A DNA stretch of 64,000 bases from Cetorhinus maximus (GCF_964194155.1 NC_135901.1:25916001-25980000); one strand, 5' to 3'; positions 25,740 to 38,880 are shown, numbered from the stretch's first letter. Notes: generated by a model from the letters alone, not told the origin. Numbers and translations are program-made.

Positions 25740-26400
25740 GCAGCGCGCAGATTTACAAGAATTTACTTTTTATTATTTTATCTCTATTGCGTAACAATAT
25801 TATTTTCTGTTGTGCATTTCGATGTTCCAATGGCGCTGTTGTCACCCAACATTCCCTGCGGCTGTGAATGTGCCCTATTCACTCCTACAGGAGTCCAGTG
25901 CGCAGGTGCACTACTGGACTTCCAGGAGCATGCGCAGTGTCACTTTGCTCAGAGCCGTACGAGGGTGACCGACGCGATTGGAAATGGGTGAGAGCGGGCG
26001 GATCAGGTCGGGAAAGCGAGAGGATGAATGGAGCCGGCGAGTCGGGGTGGGAAGGGAAGGGCGGGGAGGAATGGAGCCAGGAGCTGAGGAGCGGGGAGGC
26101 TTCGTAAACACCCGGTGTAGGCCGCAGGGCCCGAGTAAGGCCCTGCAAGTCCCATTGTTTGCGGGTCTGGGTTTTTTTTTCCCGGGAACAGGCCCAGCCG
26201 CGAGCTTGGTTCAGCGGGGACTGGAGCGCACGCGCGGCCATCTCGGTGACGAAACAGAGAGTAGGCGGGGCCTCAGGGTCCCGGTGACCAGGAGAGAAAA
26301 TTATTGACTCGTTTATTTTATTGTCATTCTGCACACAAGGGGTGGTGACTGGCCCAGGTTAACGGTCGCCATCTTTAGGGGGGTAATGCACGGCCGGCCT
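25740..26400 (+). promoter_or_regulatory. CpG-island promoter and first exon, likely of the ZNF at 33047
   Basis: GTGCGCAGGTGCA 25898, GAGCATGCGCAG 25926; donor-like tgg|gtgaga ~25988; YY1-like CGCCATCTT 26367. Confidence 0.72.
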
Positions 26401-26401
26401 A

Positions 26402-26950
26402 ACAACATAAGAATAAGAACATCAGAATTCGCAGTCGGCCATTTGGTCCATCTTGCATGCTCCACCATTCAATAAGATCATGGTCGATCAGACTGTGGCC
26501 TAACTCCACTTTCTTGTATGCCCTCCACCTCCCAACCCACCCAGCCCCATATAACCCTTGACTCACTTGTAGATCAAAAATCTGTTTAAATCAGGATTGA
26601 ATATGTTCAATGAACAGCCTCCACTGTGGGGAAAATATTTCCAGAGACAGACAACCCTCAGAAGAAATTTCACCTCATCCTTGCATTAAACGGGAGAACC
26701 CTTACTTTTTAACCGTGCCCGTTGGTTCTAGATTCCCCCATGAGTGGAAGCAACCTTTTTGATCCATCCTGTCAAGCCCCCTCAGAATCTTACATATTTC
26801 AGTAAGATCACCTCTCATTCTCCTAAACTCCAATGACTATAGACCCAATTTGTTCAACATTTTCTCATAAGACAAACCCCCTCATCCCAGGAATCAGCCT
26901 CATGAACATTTTCTGAACGCCTCCAATGCAAGCATGTCCCTGCCTAAGTT
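26402..26950 (-). mobile_element. Older CR1 3' fragment
   Basis: Tail aacataagaataagaaca; degenerate match to the CR1 C-terminus. Confidence 0.8.
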
Positions 26951-27649
26951 ACCTTGGGCCAGGAAGCAGGAGATGATGTTATAAATTTCTATCTTGGGCT
27001 GACAGGGATGGATTTTGGAAACTCCTTTTACAGGGAGTTAGCAGGAGAGGATTTACACACAGCAGACTCAAACCAAGAGAAATGTTTGTCTCTCCTGAAT
27101 TTCTAACCACATCTGACACTTATGACTTTTGTAATTTCATTTTGCAGGGAGTTAGAAGATCCAAAGACTGCCAGATTTTTCTCTGACTCCAGTGCTCCTG
27201 ATATCTTTTCAGCTGCAGGCTCCAGTAGATTCTAAATTTGAAATTGTTTCAGAGGTGAGTATTATTGAACATGCATCTACAGTTTAGAGCTTTTAGCGTT
27301 GTGCTCTGGTTCCATGACACTGGAGTTGGTGTGGTTCCTTTACTGTGGATCTGAATCCATTCTCATTTATTGCTCTGCTTCATATCTGCCCTCCCCAATC
27401 ACCTGTCTGCCATTGTCTAGCTTCCTCTGCTTCTAATGATAGGGTATTTTAGTTATATTTGGTAATTTACTGTTATCTGCCAACTGTGTCTAAATCAGGT
27501 TTCCACATCTGCGTATCCCCTGGCTATTCACCACTGATTTACCAATTTTATCTTTCTGTGGTCAGGAATTGTTTTTCCTCCATTAGAGATTATTTCTCTT
27601 CCGCTTCTGAGCTTATATTGTCCATCAAATACTGCTCCGTTTTTATTTC

Positions 27650-27772
27650 CTGTAATTCATTAACATTAATTCCTTTTTTCTTTCCACAGCTACTGTCTGA
27701 CCTGCTGAGTATTTCCAGCATTTGCTCTTTTTAATTCAGATTTCCAGTAACCACAGTATTTTGCTTTTGTTT
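27650..27772 (+). mobile_element. Penelope terminal fragment
   Basis: ccacagctactgtctgacctgctgagtatttccagcatt...cagatttccag...cagtattttgctttt. Confidence 0.7.
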
Positions 27773-28004
27773 GATTGCAGGTGTTGCTCAAAGAACTGAA
27801 TCTAGAAACAGAGGTAAACCAATTAAGCACAGAATTGTATCAGGGTTGGTGTTGGTTGGGTAGGTTGGTCCCTGGCCTCAATGGTAGATTATCAGGGGGA
27901 GGTGGAATGTGGAATTGAGGCCACGATCAGATCAACCATGATCTTATTGAATGATGGAGTAGGCTTGAGGAGCCAACTGGCCTTCTGCTTCTAATTCGTA
28001 TGTT

Positions 28005-31000
28005 AGACCATAAGATATAGGAGCAGAAATTAGGCCATTCGGCTCATCGAGTCTGCTCCGCCATTCAATCATGGCTGATAAGTTTCTCAACTCCATTCTC
28101 CCGCCTTCTCCCCATAACCTTTGATCCCCTTACCAATCAAGAACCTATCTATCTCGGTCTTAAATACACTCAATGACCTAGCCTCCACAGCCTTCTGTGG
28201 CAATGAATTCCATAGATTGACCACTCTCTGGCTAAAGAAGTTTCTCCTCATCTCTGTTCTAAAAGGTCTTCCCTTTACTCTGAGGCTGTGCCCTCGTGTC
28301 CTAGTCTCTCCTACTAATGGAAACATCTTCCCCACGTCCACTCTATCCAGGCCTTTCAGTATTCTGTAAGTTTCAATCAGATCCCCCCTCATCTAAACTC
28401 CATCGAGTATAGACCCAGAGTCCTCAAACGTTCCTCATATGTTAAGCCTTTCATTCCTGGGATCATTCTCGTGAACCTCCTCTGAACCCTCTCCAGGGCC
28501 AGCACATCCTTCCTGAGATATGGGGCCCAAAATTGCTCACAATATTCTAAATGTTGTCTGACCAGAGCCTTATAAAGCCTCAGCAGCACATCCCTGCTTT
28601 TATATTCTAATCCTCTTGCAATAAATGCCAACATTGCATTTGCCTTCCTAACTACCGACTCAACCTGCAAGTTAACCTTAAGAGAATCCTGGACTAGGAC
28701 TCCCAAGTCCCTTTGCACTCCAGATTTCTGAATTCTCTCCCCATTTAGAAAATAGTGCATGCCTTTATTCTTCCTACCAAAGTGCATGACCTCACACTTG
28801 CCCACGTTGTATTCCATCTGCCACTTCTTTGCCCATTCTCCTAACCTGTCCAAATCCTTCTGCAGCCTCCCCGCCTCCTCAATACTACCTGTCCCTCCAC
28901 CTATCTTTGTATCATCTGCAAACTTAGCCAGGATGCCCTCAGTTCCTTCATCTAGATCATTAATGTATAAAGTGAAAAGTTGTGGTCCCAACACTGACCC
29001 CTGCGGAACTCCACTAGTCACTGGCCACCATCCTGAGAAGGACCCCCTTATCCCCACTCTCTCCTCCTGCCAGACAGCCAATCTTCTATCCATGCTAATA
29101 CCTTGCCTCTAACACCATGGGCTCTTATCTTACTGAGCAGCCTCCTGTGCGGCACCTTGTCAAAGGCCTTCTGGAAATCCAAGTAGATAACATCCATTGG
29201 CTCTCCTTTATCTAACCTACTCGTTACCTCCTCAAAGAATTCTAACAGATTTGTCAGGCATGACCTCCCCTTCATGAAACCATGCTGACTTTGCCCAATT
29301 TTACCATGCACTTCCAAGTATTCTGAAATCTCATCCTTAATAATGGACTCTAAAATCTTACCAACGACCGAGGTCAGGCTAATCGGCCTGTAATTTCCCG
29401 TCTTTTGCCTCACTCCCTTCTTAAACGGGGGGGTTACATTAGCGATTTTCCAGTCCTCTGGGACCCTCCCTGACTCCAGTGATTCCTGAAAGATCACCAC
29501 TAACGCCTCCACTATCTCTTCAGCTATCTCCTTCAGAACTCTGGGGTGTAATCCATCTGGTCCAGGTGATTTATCCACCTTCAGACCTTTCAGTTTTCCT
29601 AGCACCTTCTCCTTGGTAATGGCCACCATACTCACCTCTGCCCCCTGACTCTCTTGAACTTTGGGGATGTCACTCGTGTCTTCCACTGTGAAGACTGATG
29701 CAAAGTACCTATTCAGTTCCTCCGCTATTTCTTTGTTCCCCACTACTACTTCTCCAGCATCATTTTCCAGTGGCCCAATGTCCACTTTTGCCTCTCTCTT
29801 ACCCTTTATATATCTAAAAATACTCTTGCAATCTTCTTTTATATTACTGGCTAGTTTACCCTCATATTTAATCTTCTCCCTCCTTGCATCTTTTTTAGTT
29901 GTCCTCTGTTGGTCTTTGTAGGCTTCCCAATCCCCTGGTTTCCCACTGCTCTTCGCCGCATTGTATGCTTTCTCTTTAGCTTTTATGCTGTCCCTGACTT
30001 CCCTGGTCAGCCATGGTTGCCTCGTCCTCCCTTTAGTATGCTTCTTCTTCCTAGGGATGAATTTTTGCTGTGTCTCCCAAATTACTCCCAGAAACTCCTG
30101 CCATTGCTGTTCCACTGTCTTTCCTGCTAGGCTCATCTCCCAGTCAATTCTGGCCAGCTACTCCCTCATGCCTCTGTGGTTGCCTTTATTCAACTGTAAT
30201 ACCGTTACATCTGATTCCAGCTTTTTCCTCTCAAATTGCAGGGTAAATTCTGTCATATTATGGTCACTTCCTCCTAAGGTTTCCTTCACCTTAAGCTCCC
30301 TTATCAAATCTGCCTCATTACACATCACTAAATCTAGAATTGCCTGTTCCCTCGTGGGCTCCACCACAAGTTGCTCCAAAAAACCATCTCGTAGACATTC
30401 CACAAATTCCTTTTCTTGGGATCCACTACCAACCTGATTTTCCCAGTTGACCTGCATATTGAAATACCCCATGATCACTGTAACCTTGCCGTTCTTACAC
30501 ACCTTTTCTATCTCCTGGTGTATCTTGTGCCCCACATCCTGACTACTGTTCGGAGGCCTGTACATAACTCCCATTATGGTTTTTTTTACCTTTGCGGTTC
30601 CTTAACTCTACCCACACAGATTCTACATCATCTGACCCTACATCATTTCTTGCTATCGATTTAAATTAATTTCTTACTAACAAAGCATCCCCACCCCCTC
30701 TGCCAACCTGCCTATCTTTTCGATAGGATGTATATACTTGGATATTTAGCTCCCAGTCCAGATCGCCTTGCAGCCATGTCTCCGATATGCCCACCACATC
30801 ATACTTGCCAATTTCAATCTGTGCTACAAGCTCATTTACCTTATTTCGTATACTGCGTGCATTCAGATACAACACCTTCAGTCCTGTATTTCCCCTCCCC
30901 TTTCTCATTGTCATCCCTTTATCTGATGTGCTTGAAGTTAGATTCCTAGCCCTTTCCAAACACTCTGTCCTGTTTTGTGTTCTGGAGACTTTAATAGCCT

Positions 31001-31122
31001 CTCCTGGGCTCTCCTTTCTTTTCAGTTTTTTTCATAATTTTCCATGAAGTTGAATCCACCCCCGCAACACGCTAACCTGCTGCTTTGTTTCCCATTAGTC
31101 ATGCTTCATGGAGTTTTACCCT
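28005..31122 (-). mobile_element. Young CR1 LINE with essentially complete ORF2 (APE + RT), a few frameshifts
   Basis: ORFs 30666-30959 (YLNARSIRNK, ISETW), 30158-30574 (YRPP, SDHN), 29048-30136 (KSPGPDG, QHGF, DFQKAFDKVPH), 28389-29093 (FADDTK), 28087-28392; (tatggtct) tail. Confidence 0.97.
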
Positions 31123-31569
31123 TAAAATATAGTTTCAAAAAAAATGTTCAAATATAGGTCCTTCTTCATGCATTCATAGTCTGATTACAATACAGAAGGA
31201 GGCCATTTAGCCCATTGTGGCTGTGCTGGTTCTTTGCAAGAGCAATCAGCTCATCCCATTCCCCTATCCTGTCCTTGTAGCCCAGCAATTCTATTCTCTT
31301 CAGGTATTTTATCCAATTCCCTTTTGAAAGCCTTTGTTGCATCAGCTTAGCTGGAGTGGAGATGGAGGAGAAACTGCTGGGTTTAACCCCGAGCATTTTG
31401 GAACCCAGTCGAGCCCAGCAATTTCCAGTATGAAATTGTCAAGGGAAGTACATCCTAGGAGAGATCAGCTTGCCAAACAGACACTGTCCCGACAATGTAA
31501 AAGGATATTGTTTTAGGAGCAGGTATTTCTATAGATGTTTTCAACCTATTTTACAAGTGCATATTTTAA

Positions 31570-32620
31570 AAATGTATTCTTGGGATTTGGGCGTCACTAA
31601 CAAGACCAGCAGCAGATATTACCAATTCCCAGTTGCCTGTGAATAAGATGATGTTTGACCTTCTTGAACCTCAGCAGTCCGTGTGGTGAAGGTGCTCCCA
31701 CAATGCTGTTAGATAAGGAGTTACAGGTTACTCACTAGTGACAATGAAGAAACAATGTTATATGTCCAGATCAACAACAATTTATATTTATATTGCGCTT
31801 GTAAGGAGTGTCTCAAAGGAGGAAAGCGAGGGAGAGAGCAGCAAAAAGTTAGGAAGGAAATTCCAGAGCTTGGGACCTGGGTAACTGAAAGAACGGCCAA
31901 CACTGATGGAGCAATTCAAATTAGGAATGTTCAAGTGGCCGGAATTAGATGAGTTGTAAGATTTCGAAGGTTGGCTGGCTGGAGAAGATTACAGAGGGAG
32001 GGATCATCACAGCCATTCCGGTAAACAAGGATGAGAATTTTAAAATTTAGATGCTTCTTAACCCAGAGCTTTAGTAGGTCAGCGAGCACAGGGCTGATGG
32101 GTGAACAAGACTTGGTGCGAGTAAGCACACGGGCAGCAGTGTTTTGGATCACCTAAAGATTACAGGGAGGTTGAACGTGGGAGGCTGTCAGGAGTGCGTT
32201 AGGATAGTTAAGTCTAGAAATAATAAAGGAATGTATGAGTGTTCTATCAGCAGATGAGCTGAGACTAGGGCGGAGTCAGGCGACGTTACTGAGGCGGTCT
32301 TGGTGATGGTGCAGATATGTGGTTGGAAGCTCATCTCAGGATCAAATATTACACCAAAGTTGTGAACTTTAGCCTCAGACAAGTGCCAGGAGGAGGGATG
32401 AAGTTAGTGCCGAGGGAGTGGAGTTTGTTATGGGTACTGAAGACAATGGCTTTGGTCTTCCCAATATTTAAGTGGAGTAAATTTCTGCTCATCCAGTACT
32501 GGCCAGCACAGACAAGCCAGGATGATGTATGAGTTGGAGGGGAACTTGCAGGTGATGATGTTCACATACACCTGCTACCTTGGCCTTCTAGGTGGTGAAG
32601 GTTGAGTGTTTGGGAGATTC
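31570..32620 (-). mobile_element. Old LINE 3' fragment with a nested L2 3' fragment (~31775-32500) in the type A ZNF intron
   Basis: Minus-strand IQNTAARVLTRTKSCSPISPVLADL...FKILILV (L2); flanks match the tail of the tRNA-headed LINE family. Confidence 0.78.
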
Positions 32621-33046
32621 TGTCAAAGTTCCGGTTGAGTTTCAGGTACATGAAATGCTTCTCCTCAGCCTCCTGCCTCTTCCACCCCATCTCTCTTCTC
32701 TCTCGTCCCATAGAGGCCAGAGTTTTGTGTCAGCCCAGACCAGGTGGCAGGTTTCCTTCCCCAAAGGATGTGAATGAACCAGTTGGGTTCTTTTCACAAT
32801 CCAGTAGTTTTCATGGTCACTTTTTCCTAGTGCTGGCCCCACAAAATTACCAGATTCCTTCAGCTCGATTTCACAACCTTGCCTTTGTGTTTTTGTGGGT
32901 TCTCTTTCACTCCCTTTTTACTGTTTTAAATCAATTTCACAGGGTATTAGAAGGGGAGGATTTGGAGTTGGAAAAATAAATCCAAACATCACATCATGAT
33001 GGAGCCACCAATTTTATCATAACTCGAATATCTTCAGATTTTGAAC

Positions 33047-34195
33047 ATGGAAGGAAAAAGCACCGTTCACAGCGGAGAGAAACCGTACATGTGTTCTGTA
33101 TGTGGACAAGGCTTCAGCCGATCCTCTGGCCTGTCAAAGCATAAATGCAGCCAGAATGGGGAGAAGCCGTGGAAATGTGGGGACTGTGGGAAGGGATTTG
33201 ATTATCCAGTTAGGCTAGAAACTCATCGGCGTAGTCACACTGGAGAGAGGCCATTCACCTGCTCCAAATGTGGGAAGGGATTCACCCAGTCATCCGCTAT
33301 GCTGGCACACCAGCGCAGTCACACTGGGGAGAGGGCATTCACCTGCTCTGAGTGTGGGAAGGGATTCACTCAGTCATCGCACTTCCTGACACACCAGAGA
33401 ATTCACACTGGGGAGAGACCGTTTACCTGCTCCGACTGTGGGAAGGGATTCATTCAGTCATCCCACTTGCAGAAACACCAGCGCAGTCACACAGGGGAGA
33501 GGCCGTTCACCTGCGCTGATTGTGGAAAGGGATTCACTCAGTCATCCCACCTGCTGAAACACCAGCGACTTCACACTGGGGAGAGACCATTCACCTGCTC
33601 TGAGTGTGGGAAGGGATTTACTCAGTCATCCGACTTGCTGTTACACCAGCGAATTCACTCTGGGGAGAGACCTTTCACCTGCTCCAGGTGCGGGAAAGGA
33701 TTCATTCAGTTGTCCCACCTGCACACACACCAGCGAGTTCACACTGATGAGAGACCTATTAAATGTCCAGACTGCGGGAAGTGCTATAAAAGTTCCGGGG
33801 AACTGATGTACCATCGACGTGTTCACACCGACGAGAGACCGTTCAGGTGCTCTCACTGCGGGACTGGGTTCAGACAATCATCTGTCCTCATTGTACATCA
33901 GCGAATTCACACTGGGGAGCGACCATTCACCTGTTCTGAGTGTGGAAAGGGATTCACTCAGTCATCCGACCTACTGACACATCAGCGAGTTCACACTGGG
34001 GAGAGGCCGTTCACTTGCCCCAAGTGTGGGAAGGGATTTATTAATTCAACCAACCTGCTGAGACACCAGAAGGTTCACACTAGGGAAAGGCAATTCACCT
34101 GCGCTGAGTGTGGGAAGGGCTTCATTCGGTCATCCAACCTGCTGAAACACCAGAATGTTCACACTAGGGAGAGGCCGTCCACCTACTCCGAGTGA
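33047..34195 (+). CDS. C2H2 zinc-finger protein (type A), 382 aa, 12 canonical + 1 degenerate N-terminal finger
   Basis: Uninterrupted [17 protein letters not shown]...; AACATGG start; acceptor tttcacag|ggtattagaagg ~32942; decayed fingers follow the stop; AATAAA near 34532, 34566 and 34577. Confidence 0.9.
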   Translation: MEGKSTVHSGEKPYMCSVCGQGFSRSSGLSKHKCSQNGEKPWKCGDCGKGFDYPVRLETHRRSHTGERPFTCSKCGKGFTQSSAMLAHQRSHTGERAFTCSECGKGFTQSSHFLTHQRIHTGERPFTCSDCGKGFIQSSHLQKHQRSHTGERPFTCADCGKGFTQSSHLLKHQRLHTGERPFTCSECGKGFTQSSDLLLHQRIHSGERPFTCSRCGKGFIQLSHLHTHQRVHTDERPIKCPDCGKCYKSSGELMYHRRVHTDERPFRCSHCGTGFRQSSVLIVHQRIHTGERPFTCSECGKGFTQSSDLLTHQRVHTGERPFTCPKCGKGFINSTNLLRHQKVHTRERQFTCAECGKGFIRSSNLLKHQNVHTRERPSTYSE

Positions 34196-34649
34196 GGGAA
34201 GAAATTCACTCAGCCATCCTCTTGGAACACCCACATGTTCACATTGATGGAAGACCTTTTAAATGCCCAGGGTGCAGGAATTGTTATACAGTTTCCCAGG
34301 AACTGATGTTCCACCAACTTGTTCTCACTGATGACAGACCACTCAGGTGTTTACACTGCGGGACTGTGTTCACTATTCACCTCAACTCACTACACCAGCA
34401 AATTCACTGTGGTGAGAGGTCACCTGTTGTGAATGTGGCAATGGATTTGCTTATTTATCCCATGTCCTGAGTCACCAGCGAATGTGATTGTCACATCCAA
34501 GACTGAACTCGGGCCTGTTTCTGCTAATGTTAATAAACTCAAGCCCAGTTAATGTTAATATTCTGAATAAAACTCAAATAAATCAGCTTTTGTTAAACAC
34601 AGTCTGTTGAGTCTTTTTTAATATCGCTAACCCAAGTTAGTTTCTTTTG

Positions 34650-35330
34650 AAGGGCTCTCCTTCTCCCCTGTCTCCCGCATCCTCACCTCCAACAACATGT
34701 GTGAGGAGCTCATGGAGCTTCTTTATCGCAAAGATTGAGACAATCCAATTAGTTGCCTCTGCTGCTTCTGCCCCTTCCAGTAGCCCACCAGGCTAAGCTG
34801 CCTCTAAAGTTCCCCCTTGTATGAGCTCTGAAACCTGCATATTTCTAAACCACTGATCACTCAACTTTCCCATATTTGCTGACATTGTTATCAGTCTCTC
34901 TCTTCAGGTGCTGTCCCTCTCTCCTTCAAATCTGCCATCATCACCCCCTCAATAAAACAAACTTTTGACCCCAATGTCCTTACAAACTCCCGCCCCATCT
35001 TTGACAACCCTCTCCTCTGCAAAGTCCTTGTCACCTCTAAAACCCATGCCCATCTTTTCTGGAACTCCATGTTTGAATCTCTCCAATAAGATTTCTCCTC
35101 CTGCACAGTATCAGAATAGCTCTTATCAAAGTCAGAAATTACATCCTATGTGAGTGTGACAAAGGTTTACTCTCACTTATTGTTTCTTTTCAGCCTGTCT
35201 GCAATCTTTGACACTGTTAACCAAACCATCATCCTCCAATACCTCTCCACTGTTGGTAAGCTGTGTGGGACTGCACGCTCCTGATTCCTTTCTTATCTGT
35301 CGAACTGTAACCAGAGAATCATTTGCAGAA
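34650..35330 (+). mobile_element. L2 LINE ORF2 fragment just downstream of the ZNF poly(A) signals
   Basis: LTSNNMCEELMELL..KIETI and LSAIFDTVNQTIILQ-like RT text. Confidence 0.75.
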
Positions 35331-35729
35331 GTTGTGAGTATTTGAGTTATATTTTTACACACTCACTCAGTGAATGATCAGCTGTCACTGAACTTTGACA
35401 CAAAAATGTTCCATTAAATGCTCACAGTGACTATCTTGCAGACCAAGTCCTTTTATTTACACCAGCCCTTCTGGATAAGATCAACAGAGAAGGATAACAA
35501 TATTACAGTCCGCAATGCAAGCTCATGGTCGTAAAAAAAAATCTGCTAATTCCCATTAAAACACAAAGCATTGGGTCTTATACAGACCTAATGAAACAGG
35601 CTGATTGCCAAGATTGAAGGGTGCAGATGCTGGGAGAAAGAGATTCATTTTTAAAAAATGTTACAATCTCTATGTCAGCAGAATCTCACCCTCACTTGCC
35701 CAGATTGAGACAGAGATTAACTGAGACTC

Positions 35730-36150
35730 GACTGCTGATGGCGGCCTGATTACCCACAATCCTGTGTGTCTCAGAAACCGCTCTATCTGCCGCGGGTTGG
35801 CGGGTGGATCGCGCATGCTCGGAGGGTCTTCCTCTCTTTGTTTGAGGTTGTTCCCGGAGAGAAGCCGGAAGCGGCGGATAGTGAGAGTGGAGAATGTTCA
35901 TTGTTTAATATTCGGCTCTGGGGCCACACTTGGGATTTGTAAACCCCGCCCGAGGCTTATGAACCCGCTCCCGACAGTGACCTCCCACCTGACAGCTCAC
36001 AATGCCCGGTGATTGACGGCAGCTCCGGACCAATAGGAAGAGGTGTGGACTTGGAGGACTGAGCAGGAGTGGCTGGTCCTCCAACAAATCGGAATAAACG
36101 AGGGGCGGGGCTGGGCTGTGACTGAAGGATGCGTTGTTCGGCTGCTGGAG
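35730..36150 (+). promoter_or_regulatory. CpG-rich promoter region of the 36.2-38.1 kb ZNF
   Basis: GATGGCGGC 35737, GCGCATGC 35811, ETS-like CCGGAAG 35865, CCAAT 36030, GC box GGGGCGGGG 36102; inverted paralog of 48190-48450. Confidence 0.72.
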
Positions 36151-36224
36151 CTGGAAGGCCTCTAGAATTTCTATCCTGCATTTACAGTGAAGAGTTTTCT
36201 AAACTCCTTTTACCCCTTCCTTAG

Positions 36225-38062
36225 AAGGGGAGGATTTACAGGCGGGAAAATCATAACAAACATCACACCATGACCTGACAGAGTCACTCGATTTATCAGG
36301 ACCTGAATATCGTCAACATTTAAATGTGGAAGGAGAAGTGTTTGTTCTGTCTGTGGGAGAACACTACCTGGCTTGGCTGGTGGTGAGAAAGGCCCTCCCC
36401 GTCAGATCCTTCCTACACGCCAGGAGTCTCACCCCCTCTGCACGTTGCCCTTGAGGTGGCTGTGGTGGGGAAGAGACCGTTGTTCACCTTGTGGATTGTG
36501 CCTTTGCAAAGAAAGTCTGGAGAGAGATGCAATGGTTTCTGTCGAGGTTCATCCCGAGCAGTTCTGTGACACAGGACTCTGTGCTCTATGGGCTGTTCCC
36601 AGGGACACACACCGAGACAAACATCAACTGCAACTGGAGGATCATCAACTCGGTGAAAGACGCTCTTTGGTCTGCCCGAAACTTCTTGGTCTTCCAGCGC
36701 AAAGAGTTGTCCCCGACCGAGTGTTGCAGACTGGCACATTCCAAAGTCCAAGATTACGTGCTGAGGGATGCACTAAAGCTTGGGGCAGCCGCCGCAAAGG
36801 CGCAATGGGGAAAGGTCGCTGCCTAAGACCTTTTTGCCATAGTGCACTGAGGGGCTGGGAACTGTTGAGAGCCCCTTGGGCTGTACAGCTCAAAATGAAT
36901 GTATGCAGTGAATACTAAGTGTATTATAAATGTATTGAAGCACCTCAGAGTGCAACATGATGTATGTTGATAACTCCAATAACATTGTCTGATTGTCTGC
37001 ATTGACCATATTGAAATGATTGTAATATTCATTGATTGTATTGATGCACCTTGTGATAAATGTGTAAAAGTTGAATCTGATTGGTACTTATGTGATGGTG
37101 ATTTTGAAATGGTTTGGAATGTTCTTCCAGATATTTTATGAATAAAGTATATTTAAAAAAAAAAATTTCAAACATCAGTGTGACTGGAAAAGAACCAAGA
37201 CACACACACCCCTGAGTGAGAGTGTCTCAGTGCACTGACTGGAAAGAGCTTTAACCAGTTATACAGCCTTGGAAAAAAACAATCACACCATTCAAATTGG
37301 GGAGAAACTGTACACGTGTTCTGTGTGTGAACGAGGCTACAACTGATTGTCCAATCTGAAGAAACACAAAGGCACTGACACCATGGAGAAAGAGTGGAAA
37401 TGGGATTGTGGGAACAAATTCAGATCCCTTTCTGAGCTGGAAATTCATTGACGCAATCACACTGGGGAGAGACCATTCATCTGTTCCGAGTGTGGGAAGG
37501 GATTCAGTAATTAAACTAACCTAGTGAGACACCAGCGGGTTCACACTGGAGAGAGGCCGTTTACCAGCTCCAAGTGTGAGAAAGGATTCACTTGTTCATC
37601 CTACCTGCAGAAACGTCAACAAATTCACCCTGGATAGCGGCCATTTACCTGCTCTGAATGTGGGAAAGGATTCACTCATTCTTCAGACCTGCTGAGACAC
37701 CAACGCTTTCACAATAGGGAGAGGCCATTTACCTGCTCCAGGTGTGGGAAGGGATTCACTCATTCATCAGACCTGCTGAGACACCAACGCTTTCACAATA
37801 GGGAGAGGCCATTCACCTGCTCCAGGTGTGGGAAGGGATTCACTCATTCATCTGACCTGCTGAGACACCAGCGAGTTCACATTAGGGAAAGGCTGTTTAC
37901 CTGATCTGAGTGTGGGAAACAATTTACACGTTCATCCTACCTACAGAAACACCAACAAATTGACAATGGGGAGAGGCCGTTAACCTGTTCCATGTGCAGG
38001 AAGGGATTCACTCACTCCTCCACCCTGCTGAGACACCAGCAAGTTCACAAGCTACTACAGTA
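36225..38062 (+). pseudogene. Type B C2H2 ZNF pseudogene interrupted by a Tx1-like LINE
   Basis: Leader module 36220-36360; exon resumes at 37166; ATG 37383 followed by deletions and stops (TGA, TAA, TAG); acceptor AG lost (ttttacccc). Confidence 0.87.
36362..37165 (+). mobile_element. Tx1/L1-clade non-LTR retrotransposon 3' end
   Basis: ORF2 C-terminal cysteine motif (ALPVRSFLHAR...CP...C..EETVVH..DCAFAKKVW), AT-rich 3' UTR, AATAAA and A11 tail; host ZNF sequence is continuous across the insert. Confidence 0.85.
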
Positions 38063-38149
38063 ATTGGATTTTGCTGTGAAGCATATTCAGGACTGAAATA
38101 TGTTCATTGGATTCTGTTTCTGCTGATGTTAATAAACTCCAGTTCTATT

Positions 38150-38352
38150 ATTGTTGTAAAATCCCATCTGGTTCACTAATGTTATTTAGCAAAGGAAGTC
38201 TGCCAACCTTATCTGGTCTGGCCTACGTGTGACTCCAGACCCACAGCAGTGTGGTTGCTTCTTAAATTCCCTCTGAACAAGTGCAATTAAGGATGGGCAA
38301 TAAAGGCTGGCCTAGCCAGTGACGCCCACATCCCATGAATGAATAAAAAAAA
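38150..38352 (+). mobile_element. 5'-truncated copy of the tRNA-derived SINE
   Basis: Central domain tggttcactaatg...gtgactccagacccacagc fused to tail gatgggcaataaa...atgaataaaaaaa. Confidence 0.88.
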
Positions 38353-38361
38353 CACATCTTC

Positions 38362-38447
38362 TCGTAATAAATACAAATTGGAAAACCGTTGTGGTTTCCC
38401 TTGTGGATTTGGTCCGTCTGGCACACATCATCTGCCATGTCTTAACA
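38362..38447 (+). mobile_element. 3' end fragment of the LTR family seen at 58132-59050
   Basis: aataaatacaaattg...tttcccttgtggatttggtccg..tggcacacatca...taaca matches 58957-59050. Confidence 0.8.
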
Positions 38448-38880
38448 TATCACACCATCCATCCTCCCTTTCACTCACTGCAAAACTGCACTTCACCTCC
38501 ATCAAATTACCTACAGGCATGAAGATAATCTACAGAGCAAACAGGAAACCTACACCATTTTCAAAACAAAACCAGAGTTAGTCCAACCTCAGGCATTGAG
38601 CTCCAGTATGCAGTGCCTGATCTGTATGTTAAATCCATCCAACTGCCTTGATTCTCTTCAGAAACGTCGTGCAATCTTAGTTTGTAAATTTCAGCCCTTC
38701 TAATCTCAACAGCATTCCAGATTTCCAATATATTTTTTGTGAAGAAATGCTGTCTGACATTGCTCCTGAACAGCCAATTCTCAATTCCACAATTGCATAT
38801 AATTGATTTGTACATTTAAATGGTAACAATTATTTTACCCTAACTCATTATGCAACAAAATTTTTTTAAAAATAACTATA

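Noticed and set aside
25608-26334. Overlapping ORFs in the CpG island (likewise 62290-62917 and 35692-36181)
   Set aside because: Expected by chance in GC-rich DNA; low-complexity translations.
28005-31122. Intact autonomous CR1
   Set aside because: ORF2 has several frameshifts and stops, and ORF1/5' UTR are largely missing.
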